From contig JAZQAZ010000017.1 in assembly GCA_045545475.1 (NCBI GenBank), positions 1 to 64,000 on the forward strand: a stretch of 64,000 nt of DNA. The letters are read 5' to 3'. The DNA comes from Clostridia bacterium. GTDB taxonomy: Bacteria > Bacillota > Clostridia > CAKSNL01 > HGM11501. Numbering within the stretch: the stretch's first letter is position 1; every line of letters starts with the position of its first letter. This document shows, piece after piece, positions 20,070 through 27,076 of the stretch. The notes beneath the pieces were generated by a model. The model saw nothing but the letters and a program-made list of their open reading frames with translations. It was not told where the DNA came from and did no database searches. The translations under genes were made by a program, and so were the position numbers.

Positions 20070-20112
20070 ATCCTTGCGCTTATTTTTAAGCGCCAAAGAC
20101 CGTGAGGAGGTG
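20070..20112 (+). promoter_or_regulatory. S6:S18 ribosomal protein leader RNA
   Basis: TCCTTGC anti-SD, GCGCTTA/TAAGCGC hairpin, conserved GACCG motif, then GAGGAGGTG. Confidence 0.75.
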
Positions 20113-20118
20113 CAAAGA

Positions 20119-20415
20119 ATGGCAGAAGTAATTAATAAGTACGAGACCATATTTGTCCTTGATGTAAACATGGGAGACGAAAAGATCGAAGAGCTTTCCA
20201 ATAAGTTCCAGGAGCTTATTGCAGCTAACGGTGAAGTTGAAAGTGTTGAAGTTTGGGGCAAGAGAAGACTGGCTTATCCTATCGATTATAAGACAGAAGG
20301 CTACTATGTTCTTGTAAACTTTTCTTCCAAGCCCGAATTTCCTAAGGAACTTGAACGTATCTACGGAATTACAGAAGGCGTGCTTCGTACAATCGTTGTA
20401 AGAAAAGAAGCATAA
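20119..20415 (+). CDS. rpsF: 30S ribosomal protein S6
   Basis: KYETIF, WGKRRLAYPI, EGYY. Confidence 0.97.
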   Translation: MAEVINKYETIFVLDVNMGDEKIEELSNKFQELIAANGEVESVEVWGKRRLAYPIDYKTEGYYVLVNFSSKPEFPKELERIYGITEGVLRTIVVRKEA

Positions 20416-20429
20416 AAGGAGAAAAGAAA

Positions 20430-20867
20430 ATGCTTAACAAAGTAGTATTAATGGGACGTTTTACGAAAGACCCCGAGCTGAGGAGCACTCCTCAGGGTGT
20501 GTCTGTCTGCAATTTCCGTCTCGGCGTACAGAGAAACTATAAGACAAACGGAAGCTATGAAAGTGATTTCATTGATTGCGTTGCATGGAGAAACACTGCG
20601 GAATTTATTTCTAAGTTCTTCAGAAAAGGTAATCTTGTATGCGTTGAAGGCTCACTTCAGCAAAGAAGCTGGGAGCAGGACGGACAGAGAAGAACAACTC
20701 TGGAAGTAATGGTAGACAACACCTATTTCGTAGAAAACAAGAGGGATGCCGAAGGTGGCGATTTCGGAGGAGCAACATACGGTGCTCCCGCACAGGCACC
20801 CGCAGAACCGAAGGAGTCTTTTTCATCCGATAGCTTTAATGCAATGGATGATGATTTACCCTTCTAA
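20430..20867 (+). CDS. ssb: Single-stranded DNA-binding protein
   Basis: MLNKVVLMGR, DFIDCVAW, C-terminal DDDLPF. Confidence 0.97.
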   Translation: MLNKVVLMGRFTKDPELRSTPQGVSVCNFRLGVQRNYKTNGSYESDFIDCVAWRNTAEFISKFFRKGNLVCVEGSLQQRSWEQDGQRRTTLEVMVDNTYFVENKRDAEGGDFGGATYGAPAQAPAEPKESFSSDSFNAMDDDLPF

Positions 20868-20892
20868 CTTATAATTAAAGGAGGTTAACGAC

Positions 20893-21141
20893 ATGGAAAG
20901 AGAAAGAGATGATAGACCTCAGAGAAACAGAAAACCCAGACGTAAGGTCTGCCAGTTCTGTGCCGATAAGGTTGAATTCATAGATTACAAGGATGTTGCA
21001 AAGCTTCGTCGTTTTGTATCTGAGCGTGCCAAGATTCTTCCCAGAAGAATTACAGGTACCTGTGCAAAGCATCAGAGAGAGCTTACAGTTGCAATAAAGA
21101 GAGCAAGACATATCGCACTCATTCCTTATTCTGCTGAATAA
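20893..21141 (+). CDS. rpsR: 30S ribosomal protein S18
   Basis: [24 protein letters not shown]. Confidence 0.97.
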   Translation: MERERDDRPQRNRKPRRKVCQFCADKVEFIDYKDVAKLRRFVSERAKILPRRITGTCAKHQRELTVAIKRARHIALIPYSAE

Positions 21142-21148
21142 TCATTAC

Positions 21149-21180
21149 ACCGCTTGTCAATGGACAAGCGGTTTTTTTCT
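21149..21180 (+). terminator. Intrinsic terminator
   Basis: ACCGCTTGTC / GACAAGCGGT with U tract. Confidence 0.85.
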
Positions 21181-21197
21181 TGCATTTCAACTTTCAT

Positions 21198-21248
21198 AAA
21201 GCTTTCGATTTTGAAAGCGTTGACAAATAAAAGAAAATGTGTTATATT
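21198..21248 (+). promoter_or_regulatory. sigmaA promoter with cre/LacI-like site
   Basis: TTGACA(21220)-N17-TATATT; TGAAAGCGTTGACA at 21212-21225 fits TGWNANCGNTNWCA. Confidence 0.6.
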
Positions 21249-21278
21249 AAGCAAGAATAAATAAGGGAGGCGGTTAAA

Positions 21279-22607
21279 ATGACAAAACTGACGGTTGATT
21301 TTTCTGAAATGAAAGGGAAAATTAAGCCTATGCATTCTGTAAATAACGGCCCTGTCGGAGGTACCTGGGGAGTTGGAAATGTTGAACTTTTCAAGGAAGC
21401 GGGAATTGCCTATGCAAGAAATCATGATGCTGCTTTTGCCTCGGCATACGGCGGGGAGCATGCTGTTGACGTATCAAACATATTTCCTGATTTTGATGCA
21501 GACGAAACAAAGGAAGAAAACTATGATTTCGTGCTGACCGATGTTACCGTTAAGAAGTGTATGGAGGCAGGCACAAAGGTTTTCTACCGTCTGGGACAGA
21601 AAATTGAACACGCCATTAAAAAATACGGAGTTAATCCCCCTGAGGATTTTAAAAAGTGGGCGGTTATCTGCGAGCATATCGTAAGACACTATACCGATGG
21701 ATGGGCAGAGGGTTTTGATGCGGGAATAGATTACTGGGAAATATGGAACGAGCACGATAACGGCGAACCGGATAAAAATCCCTGCTGGACAGGAACAATG
21801 GAACAGTTTTACGATTTTTATGAAGTGGCGGCAAAGCATCTTAAAGAACAGTTTCCCCATTTAAAAATCGGCGGTCCTGCAATGGTTGGCTCAACTCCCA
21901 ACTATAAAAAGGCAGAGGAGTTTGTGTCGGAAATGGCAAAGCGAAATGTACCGCTGGACTTTTTCTCCTATCATTTTTATACCACGAGTGCCCACGGAAT
22001 GAGCTGGACGGCAAACTATACAAGAGAATTGCTTGATTCCTATGGCTATAGCGATACGGAAATCATCCTTGACGAGTGGAATTACTGCACAGGATGGGAC
22101 AGGGAAAATATGACACACTCCTATAAAACAATCCGTTCGCTCCGCGGTGCGGCATATGTAAGTGCCTGTCAGATTGACGCACAAAAATCCCCTATCGATA
22201 TGTTTATGTATTATGATGCAAGACCCGGCACAGGCTTTAACGGGATGTTTGAGCTTGGAACATATGAACCGATGAAACCCTATTATTCCTTCTTAGCCTT
22301 CAACGAGCTTTATAAGCTCGGAGGCGAAACAAAGTCGGAAAGTGACGATAATGATGTTTATGTTCTTTCTGCAAAGGGCGATAAAAAGGCAGTTCTGATT
22401 TCATACTATGGTGCTGTGGATGCGGAAGATAAGGTTATAGAGCTTCATCTTTCGGGATTTGAAAAGCCGAATAACAAGGTGTCCTATAAGATGCTGGATA
22501 ACGAATATGATCTGGAACTTACCAAGGATGAATATATAAACGGCGAAGCAGTAACGCTTTACATTAAAATGGAAGCAAATACGGTGTTGCTTCTTACTAT
22601 TGAATAA
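21279..22607 (+). CDS. GH39-like glycoside hydrolase (clan A), paralog 1
   Basis: IKPMHSVN, RNHD, FYRLG, YWEIWNE acid/base, LDFFSYH, LDEWN nucleophile. Confidence 0.8.
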   Translation: MTKLTVDFSEMKGKIKPMHSVNNGPVGGTWGVGNVELFKEAGIAYARNHDAAFASAYGGEHAVDVSNIFPDFDADETKEENYDFVLTDVTVKKCMEAGTKVFYRLGQKIEHAIKKYGVNPPEDFKKWAVICEHIVRHYTDGWAEGFDAGIDYWEIWNEHDNGEPDKNPCWTGTMEQFYDFYEVAAKHLKEQFPHLKIGGPAMVGSTPNYKKAEEFVSEMAKRNVPLDFFSYHFYTTSAHGMSWTANYTRELLDSYGYSDTEIILDEWNYCTGWDRENMTHSYKTIRSLRGAAYVSACQIDAQKSPIDMFMYYDARPGTGFNGMFELGTYEPMKPYYSFLAFNELYKLGGETKSESDDNDVYVLSAKGDKKAVLISYYGAVDAEDKVIELHLSGFEKPNNKVSYKMLDNEYDLELTKDEYINGEAVTLYIKMEANTVLLLTIE

Positions 22608-22689
22608 TTCTGAAAACCGCCCGACGGGCGGTTTTTTCTTGCATTTGTTTGATTTTTGTGCTATAATTCAAGGCGAAGGACGTGATACT

Positions 22690-23460
22690 ATGGACTACAA
22701 TTATCATACTCATACGGTGAGGTGTCATCACGCCGTTGATACGGCAGAAGAATACATAGAGCGTGCAGTTTCCTGCGGCATAAAATATATGGGCTTTTCA
22801 GACCATGCACCTTTTCCTCATCCTGACGGAAATGAAGCGGGCTACAGAATGTGTGCATCTGAAGGCAAGGCGTACTGTGATGAAATAAAGGCACTTAAGG
22901 AGAAATATAAAGAAAAAATCGATATAAAAGTCGGCTTTGAAATGGAATATTTCCCTGACAGCTTTCCCGAAATGTTAAAAAGAGTTAAGGATTACGGTGC
23001 GGAGTACCTTATTTTGGGTCAGCACTTTGCAAAGGAAGAATATTACCACGTTCCCTATACGGGAGCTGCCACTGACGATATGGAATATCTTAAACTCTAT
23101 GTGAAAACCGTAATTGAAGGAATGGCTACGGGTAAGTTTACCTATGTCGCCCATCCTGACCTTATGAGGTATACGGGTGATGAGGCAATATATAAAGAAG
23201 AAATGAGAAAAATATGTATCGCATCAAGAGAATGTGGCATTCCTCTTGAAATAAATTTCCTCGGAATATATGACGGCAGACATTACCCGAATGAAGGATT
23301 CTGGGCTATTGCTGCCGAGGAAAAGAGTCCCGTAACCTTTGGGTTTGATGCCCACGGTGCAAAAAGGGCTTATGATGAAGCATCTTTGCTGAAGGCAGAA
23401 GAAATGGTAGAAAGGCTTGGACTTAACTATATAGGAAAGCCCGATATCTTATTTATATAA
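22690..23460 (+). CDS. PHP-family histidinol-phosphatase-like protein
   Basis: NYHTHT.RC.HA, GFSDH, GFEMEY, AHPD, GFDAH. Confidence 0.85.
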   Translation: MDYNYHTHTVRCHHAVDTAEEYIERAVSCGIKYMGFSDHAPFPHPDGNEAGYRMCASEGKAYCDEIKALKEKYKEKIDIKVGFEMEYFPDSFPEMLKRVKDYGAEYLILGQHFAKEEYYHVPYTGAATDDMEYLKLYVKTVIEGMATGKFTYVAHPDLMRYTGDEAIYKEEMRKICIASRECGIPLEINFLGIYDGRHYPNEGFWAIAAEEKSPVTFGFDAHGAKRAYDEASLLKAEEMVERLGLNYIGKPDILFI

Positions 23461-23470
23461 GGAGAATGTT

Positions 23471-24508
23471 ATGGACAGATGTGAAAAACTGTTGAAAGAA
23501 ATCGGCCATGCGGTTTTGATAACCTCTGACGAAAACTGCTATTACTACTCAGGCTTCACCGGTGGCGACAGCTTTCTTTTGATAGCGGATGGCTACCGGG
23601 GACTTTTTACTGACGGGCGCTATACCGTTCAGGCAAAGGAGGAGGCACCTGATTTTGAAGTTTTCGACCGAGATGTTATAAATAATCTTAAGAAAGTGGT
23701 GTCGGACAGAAAAATCGAGGTTGCGGGCTTTGAAGAAGCAAATATGACCGTTGCTACAATGGCACGTTTTACAGGGATATTCAAGCTTGTTCCTGTGGGT
23801 GGAAAAATAAACGCTTTAAGAAAAATAAAGGATGCATCGGAAATTGAAAAAATAGCGGCGGCACAAGCTCTTTCTGAGGCGGCATTTAACCATTTTCTTG
23901 AAAATGCAAAAGCGGGAATGACAGAAACCGCCGCTGCAAGCTTGATTGAAGGCTATATGAGAAAAAACGGAGCAAGAAGACCAAGCTTTGAAACAATCGT
24001 TGCATCAGGCGTAAGGGGAGCGATGCCCCACGCAAGGGCGGAGAATATAAAGATAGTTCCGGGCATTCCCGTGGTGTGCGATTTCGGATGTGTTTTAGAT
24101 AATTACTGCTCTGATATGACAAGAACGGTATTTTTTTCTTATGCGGATGATAAGTGCAAAGAAATTTATAATATAGTAAAAAAAGCAAATCTTGCATCAC
24201 TTTCCGTTGCAAAGGAAGGTTTAACAGCAGGGGAAGTTGACAAGGCGGCAAGGGATATAATAGAAAAAGCGGGTTACGGGAAAGAATTTTGCCACAGCTT
24301 GGGCCACGGTGTGGGGTTAATGGTTCATGAGGCACCTTATGCAAGAAGCAAAAGCGATGAAATACTTGAAAGCGGAATGACACTTACAATTGAGCCGGGA
24401 ATTTATGTTCCCGATTTTTGCGGTGTCCGCATAGAGGACCTTGTGATAATCGAAGAAAATGGAGTAAGAAATTTAAATAAAATAACAAAAGATATACTAA
24501 TTCTGTAA
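23471..24508 (+). CDS. Xaa-Pro aminopeptidase (M24B)
   Basis: TDGRY, YCSDMTRT, HSLGHGVGL.VHE, TIEPGIY, GVRIED; upstream of efp as usual in Firmicutes. Confidence 0.92.
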   Translation: MDRCEKLLKEIGHAVLITSDENCYYYSGFTGGDSFLLIADGYRGLFTDGRYTVQAKEEAPDFEVFDRDVINNLKKVVSDRKIEVAGFEEANMTVATMARFTGIFKLVPVGGKINALRKIKDASEIEKIAAAQALSEAAFNHFLENAKAGMTETAAASLIEGYMRKNGARRPSFETIVASGVRGAMPHARAENIKIVPGIPVVCDFGCVLDNYCSDMTRTVFFSYADDKCKEIYNIVKKANLASLSVAKEGLTAGEVDKAARDIIEKAGYGKEFCHSLGHGVGLMVHEAPYARSKSDEILESGMTLTIEPGIYVPDFCGVRIEDLVIIEENGVRNLNKITKDILIL

Positions 24509-24608
24509 AAAAATCATAAATATAGTATTTTTAGTAAAAAAAGACTTGAAATTTATAAAGATTTAGTATACAATATAAAAGATAATAATAGTAGAAAGGA
24601 TGATTATC

Positions 24609-25166
24609 ATGATATCTGCAGGTGAATTCAGAAACGGCGTTACCTTTGAAATGGACGGCAACGTATTCCGTATCGTAGAGTTCCAGCACGTAAAGCCCGG
24701 TAAAGGTGCGGCTTTCGTACGTACAAAAATTAAAAACGTTATTTCCGGCGGTGTAATTGAAAAAACATTCAACCCCACCGAAAAATTTGAAAAGGCTCAC
24801 ATCGACAGAAGAGAGATGCAGTATCTCTATAATGACGGCGAACTTTTCTATTTCATGGATCCCGAAACATTTGATCAGACTCCTTTGGGAGAAGACACAC
24901 TTGGTGACGCCCTTAAGTTCGTTAAGGAAAACGACACCGTAACAATTCTTTCCTACAAGGGCAACGTATTTGCAGTTGAACCCCAGAACTTCGTAGTACT
25001 CGAAGTTACAGAAACCGAACCCGGCTTCAAGGGCGATACAACAACAAACGTTACAAAGCCTGCTACTCTTGAAACAGGTGCTGAAATCGCTGTTCCTCTC
25101 TTCATAGATATCGGCGATAAGATCAGAGTTGACACAAGAACCGGCGAATATATGGAGCGTGCATAA
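24609..25166 (+). CDS. efp: Elongation factor P
   Basis: [35 protein letters not shown]. Confidence 0.97.
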   Translation: MISAGEFRNGVTFEMDGNVFRIVEFQHVKPGKGAAFVRTKIKNVISGGVIEKTFNPTEKFEKAHIDRREMQYLYNDGELFYFMDPETFDQTPLGEDTLGDALKFVKENDTVTILSYKGNVFAVEPQNFVVLEVTETEPGFKGDTTTNVTKPATLETGAEIAVPLFIDIGDKIRVDTRTGEYMERA

Positions 25167-25172
25167 GCAAAA

Positions 25173-25379
25173 AATTTCAACAAAGAAATTTTTTGCGGGA
25201 ATCGTCACGAGCGTTGAAGCGGAGTGACGATACAAAGGAAAAACCGAAGAGGTTTTTCTCGTGAGAATTTCAACAAAGAAATTTTTTGCGGGAATCGTCA
25301 CGAGCGTTGAAGCGGAGTGACGATAAAAAGGAAAAACCGAAGAGGTTTTTCTCGTGAAATTTCAACAAAGAAATTTTTT
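25173..25379 (+). repeat. Tandem 93/92-bp direct repeat (2 copies plus a 22-bp third start) built from palindromes; REP-like
   Basis: Units start at 25173, 25266 and 25358 with AATTTCAACAAAGAAATTTTTT; the full copies differ by one substitution and one indel. Confidence 0.9.
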
Positions 25380-25409
25380 ATTGAAACCCGATAGAAAGGT
25401 GGAAGAACT

Positions 25410-25805
25410 ATGAGCAAATTAACAGAAAAAGCTCAGTATCTTAAAGGTCTTGCAGAAGGTATAAACTTAAGCAAGGAAACAAACGAAGGAAAGCTTTTCG
25501 CTGCAATTATTGAAATGCTTGAAGAAACTGCTGCTGAATTAAAGAACGTGAAAGAACAGCTTGACGAAGTTGATGAGTGTCTTGCTGATGTTGAAGATTT
25601 CCTTGACGAAGAATTAGATGATGAAGATGACGAGTATGATTTTGATGACGAAGGCATTTTCATTGAATGCCCCAAGTGCGGCGATAAAGTTTATGTGGAA
25701 TTCGATGAAATCAACGACGATGCAACCGTAGATTGTCCTTCCTGCGGTGAGAAAATCGAAATTGAATTCGATTGCGACTGCGAAGATTGCGAAGACTGCG
25801 AATAA
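25410..25805 (+). CDS. CD1247-N-domain acidic zinc-ribbon protein
   Basis: YLKGLAEG N-terminus, CPKC and CPSC ribbons, CDCEDCEDC tail; typical position after efp in Clostridia. Confidence 0.85.
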   Translation: MSKLTEKAQYLKGLAEGINLSKETNEGKLFAAIIEMLEETAAELKNVKEQLDEVDECLADVEDFLDEELDDEDDEYDFDDEGIFIECPKCGDKVYVEFDEINDDATVDCPSCGEKIEIEFDCDCEDCEDCE

Positions 25806-25855
25806 TAAGAAGAAAACGCCGTGCAACGCACGGCGTTTTTTACACGAGGTAATTT

Positions 25856-26194
25856 ATGAATATACAAATTTTCGGAAAAAGTAAATGCTTTGATACTAAA
25901 AAAGCGGAACGATATTTCAAGGAACGAAGGATAAAATATCAGCTTATTGACCTTCCTGAATACGGAATGAGTAAGGGCGAATACAATTCGGTTAAAAATG
26001 CCGTGGGTGGCATGGAGGCTTTAATTGATAAGGATGGAAAGGCTTACAAGGATTTGTATATAGAATATACCCGTCCTTCCGATGTGGAGGCAAAGCTTCT
26101 TGAAAATCCGGTGCTTTTCAAAACACCTATTGTCAGAAACGGTAAAGCTGCAACGGTTGGCTACCAGCCAGATATATGGAAAACCTGGGAATAA
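25856..26194 (+). CDS. ArsC/Spx-family protein
   Basis: MNIQIFG..KCFDTKKAERYFKER, KTPIVRNG..ATVGY. Confidence 0.88.
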   Translation: MNIQIFGKSKCFDTKKAERYFKERRIKYQLIDLPEYGMSKGEYNSVKNAVGGMEALIDKDGKAYKDLYIEYTRPSDVEAKLLENPVLFKTPIVRNGKAATVGYQPDIWKTWE

Positions 26195-26204
26195 TAAGTT
26201 ATAT

Positions 26205-26236
26205 AAAAATCCTGAAACGAAAGTTTCAGGATTTTT
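26205..26236. terminator. Bidirectional intrinsic terminator
   Basis: AAAAATCCTGAAAC-GAAA-GTTTCAGGATTTTT. Confidence 0.85.
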
Positions 26237-26356
26237 GTTATATTCTGCTTTATTCGCAGAGTTATATTTTTGATAAATCAAAAACGATATTTTATCAGCA
26301 GTAGACTAATAAAGCTGAATGGAGTTCATTTGAATTCCATTCAAAACACCCCAACA
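26205..26356 (-). ncRNA. Candidate ~150-nt small RNA
   Basis: Minus-strand TTGACA(26391-26386)-N18-TATGAT(26367-26362) with extended TG; three hairpins; ends at the bidirectional terminator; no ORF over 12 aa following an RBS. Confidence 0.4.
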
Positions 26357-26465
26357 CATTAATCATAACACAAAAGACTATGCTTTGTCAATAAAAATAT
26401 GTTCAAATTTACCATATTCTCCGTTTTATACAAAAATAAATTGTGAACTTTTAACAGTTTGCCTA

Positions 26466-26494
26466 TTGAAATAGCTACTTTTTCATGCTATAAT
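26466..26494 (+). promoter_or_regulatory. sigmaA promoter with no substantial ORF before the next terminator
   Basis: TTGAAA-N17-TATAAT with extended TG. Confidence 0.75.
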
Positions 26495-26500
26495 AAACTC

Positions 26501-26937
26501 ACAAAGAAGAAAGAGAGGTAAGGTCCAATGAGATAGTAAGAAAGCTCTTTTAAGAAGGTACAATTTAATAGTGAAGGTTAAAAATAATTCAATGTAAGTA
26601 AGTTGGTTAATTTATTGGTAGGAAAATAAACAGTAAAGAAGGAATTTGCTAAGAAGAATTGAAGACACGGCGGTGTGATACGCTTTATATATAAGTGATT
26701 GTTAATCGGCCAGGAAACCTTCATTAAGAGAGCTATCGGAAATTCGCCTTTTGCAAAACGACAAAACATAAATCCATCCCGTTGGGGAAGTGAAAGAGTG
26801 AGTAGTTTTGGAAGAATTGAATGAGCAAAGGGCAGATTAAGAAAGCGAGGATTAAAAAAGATGTTAGATATCAAGAGTGAACAGAAATAACCCTTGGTCT
26901 TGCGTAAAGAAGCATGATCAGGGGTTATTTCTATTTT
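26501..26937 (+). ncRNA. Candidate ~435-nt structured non-coding RNA of unrecognised family
   Basis: Own promoter and terminal hairpin; no + strand ORF in the ORF track; long-range helices 26543-26559/26717-26734 and 26746-26754/26825-26833; recurrent AAGAA. Confidence 0.6.
26883..26937 (+). terminator. Long terminal hairpin / terminator of the candidate ncRNA
   Basis: AGAAATAACCCTTGGTC / GATCAGGGGTTATTTCT 17-bp stem with two G-U pairs, then ATTTT. Confidence 0.7.
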
Positions 26938-27028
26938 AAAGAAAAATCGCAACTTTGTCCTGTAACCGCAATATTTTCATGTTGAAAAAAATCCCTATAT
27001 ATGGTAAGATTAAAGTGGCAAAGATACA

Positions 27029-27057
27029 TTGACATTAAATAGGGCAAAAGCTATAAT
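27029..27057 (+). promoter_or_regulatory. Perfect-consensus sigmaA promoter
   Basis: TTGACA-N17-TATAAT; a second candidate TTGAAA-N17-TAAGAT lies at 26982-27010. Confidence 0.8.
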
Positions 27058-27076
27058 AATTCCGGAGGTGATTTTA

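Noticed and set aside
24531-25301. 256-aa minus-strand ORF
   Set aside because: Antisense shadow of efp extended through the tandem repeat; no recognisable motifs.
25173-25379. Mini CRISPR array (three 22-bp repeats with two spacers)
   Set aside because: The spacers are ~70 bp, nearly identical and palindromic, and no cas genes are present; it is a tandem duplication.
26501-26937. RNase P, tmRNA, 6S, T-box or CsrB identity
   Set aside because: No GAGGAAAGTCC, no tRNA-like ends or tag peptide, too long for 6S, no T-box AGGGTGGNACCGCG, and GGA (about seven copies) is not clearly enriched.
26205-26937. Type I toxin-antitoxin pair
   Set aside because: The two candidate transcripts diverge without overlap, show only short imperfect complementarity, and encode no hydrophobic peptide.
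26578-26952. 124-aa minus-strand ORF across the candidate ncRNA
   Set aside because: No clear RBS, and its Leu/Phe-rich composition mirrors the purine-rich + strand; promoter, terminator and wobble pairs point to the + strand. Not fully excluded without a homology search.
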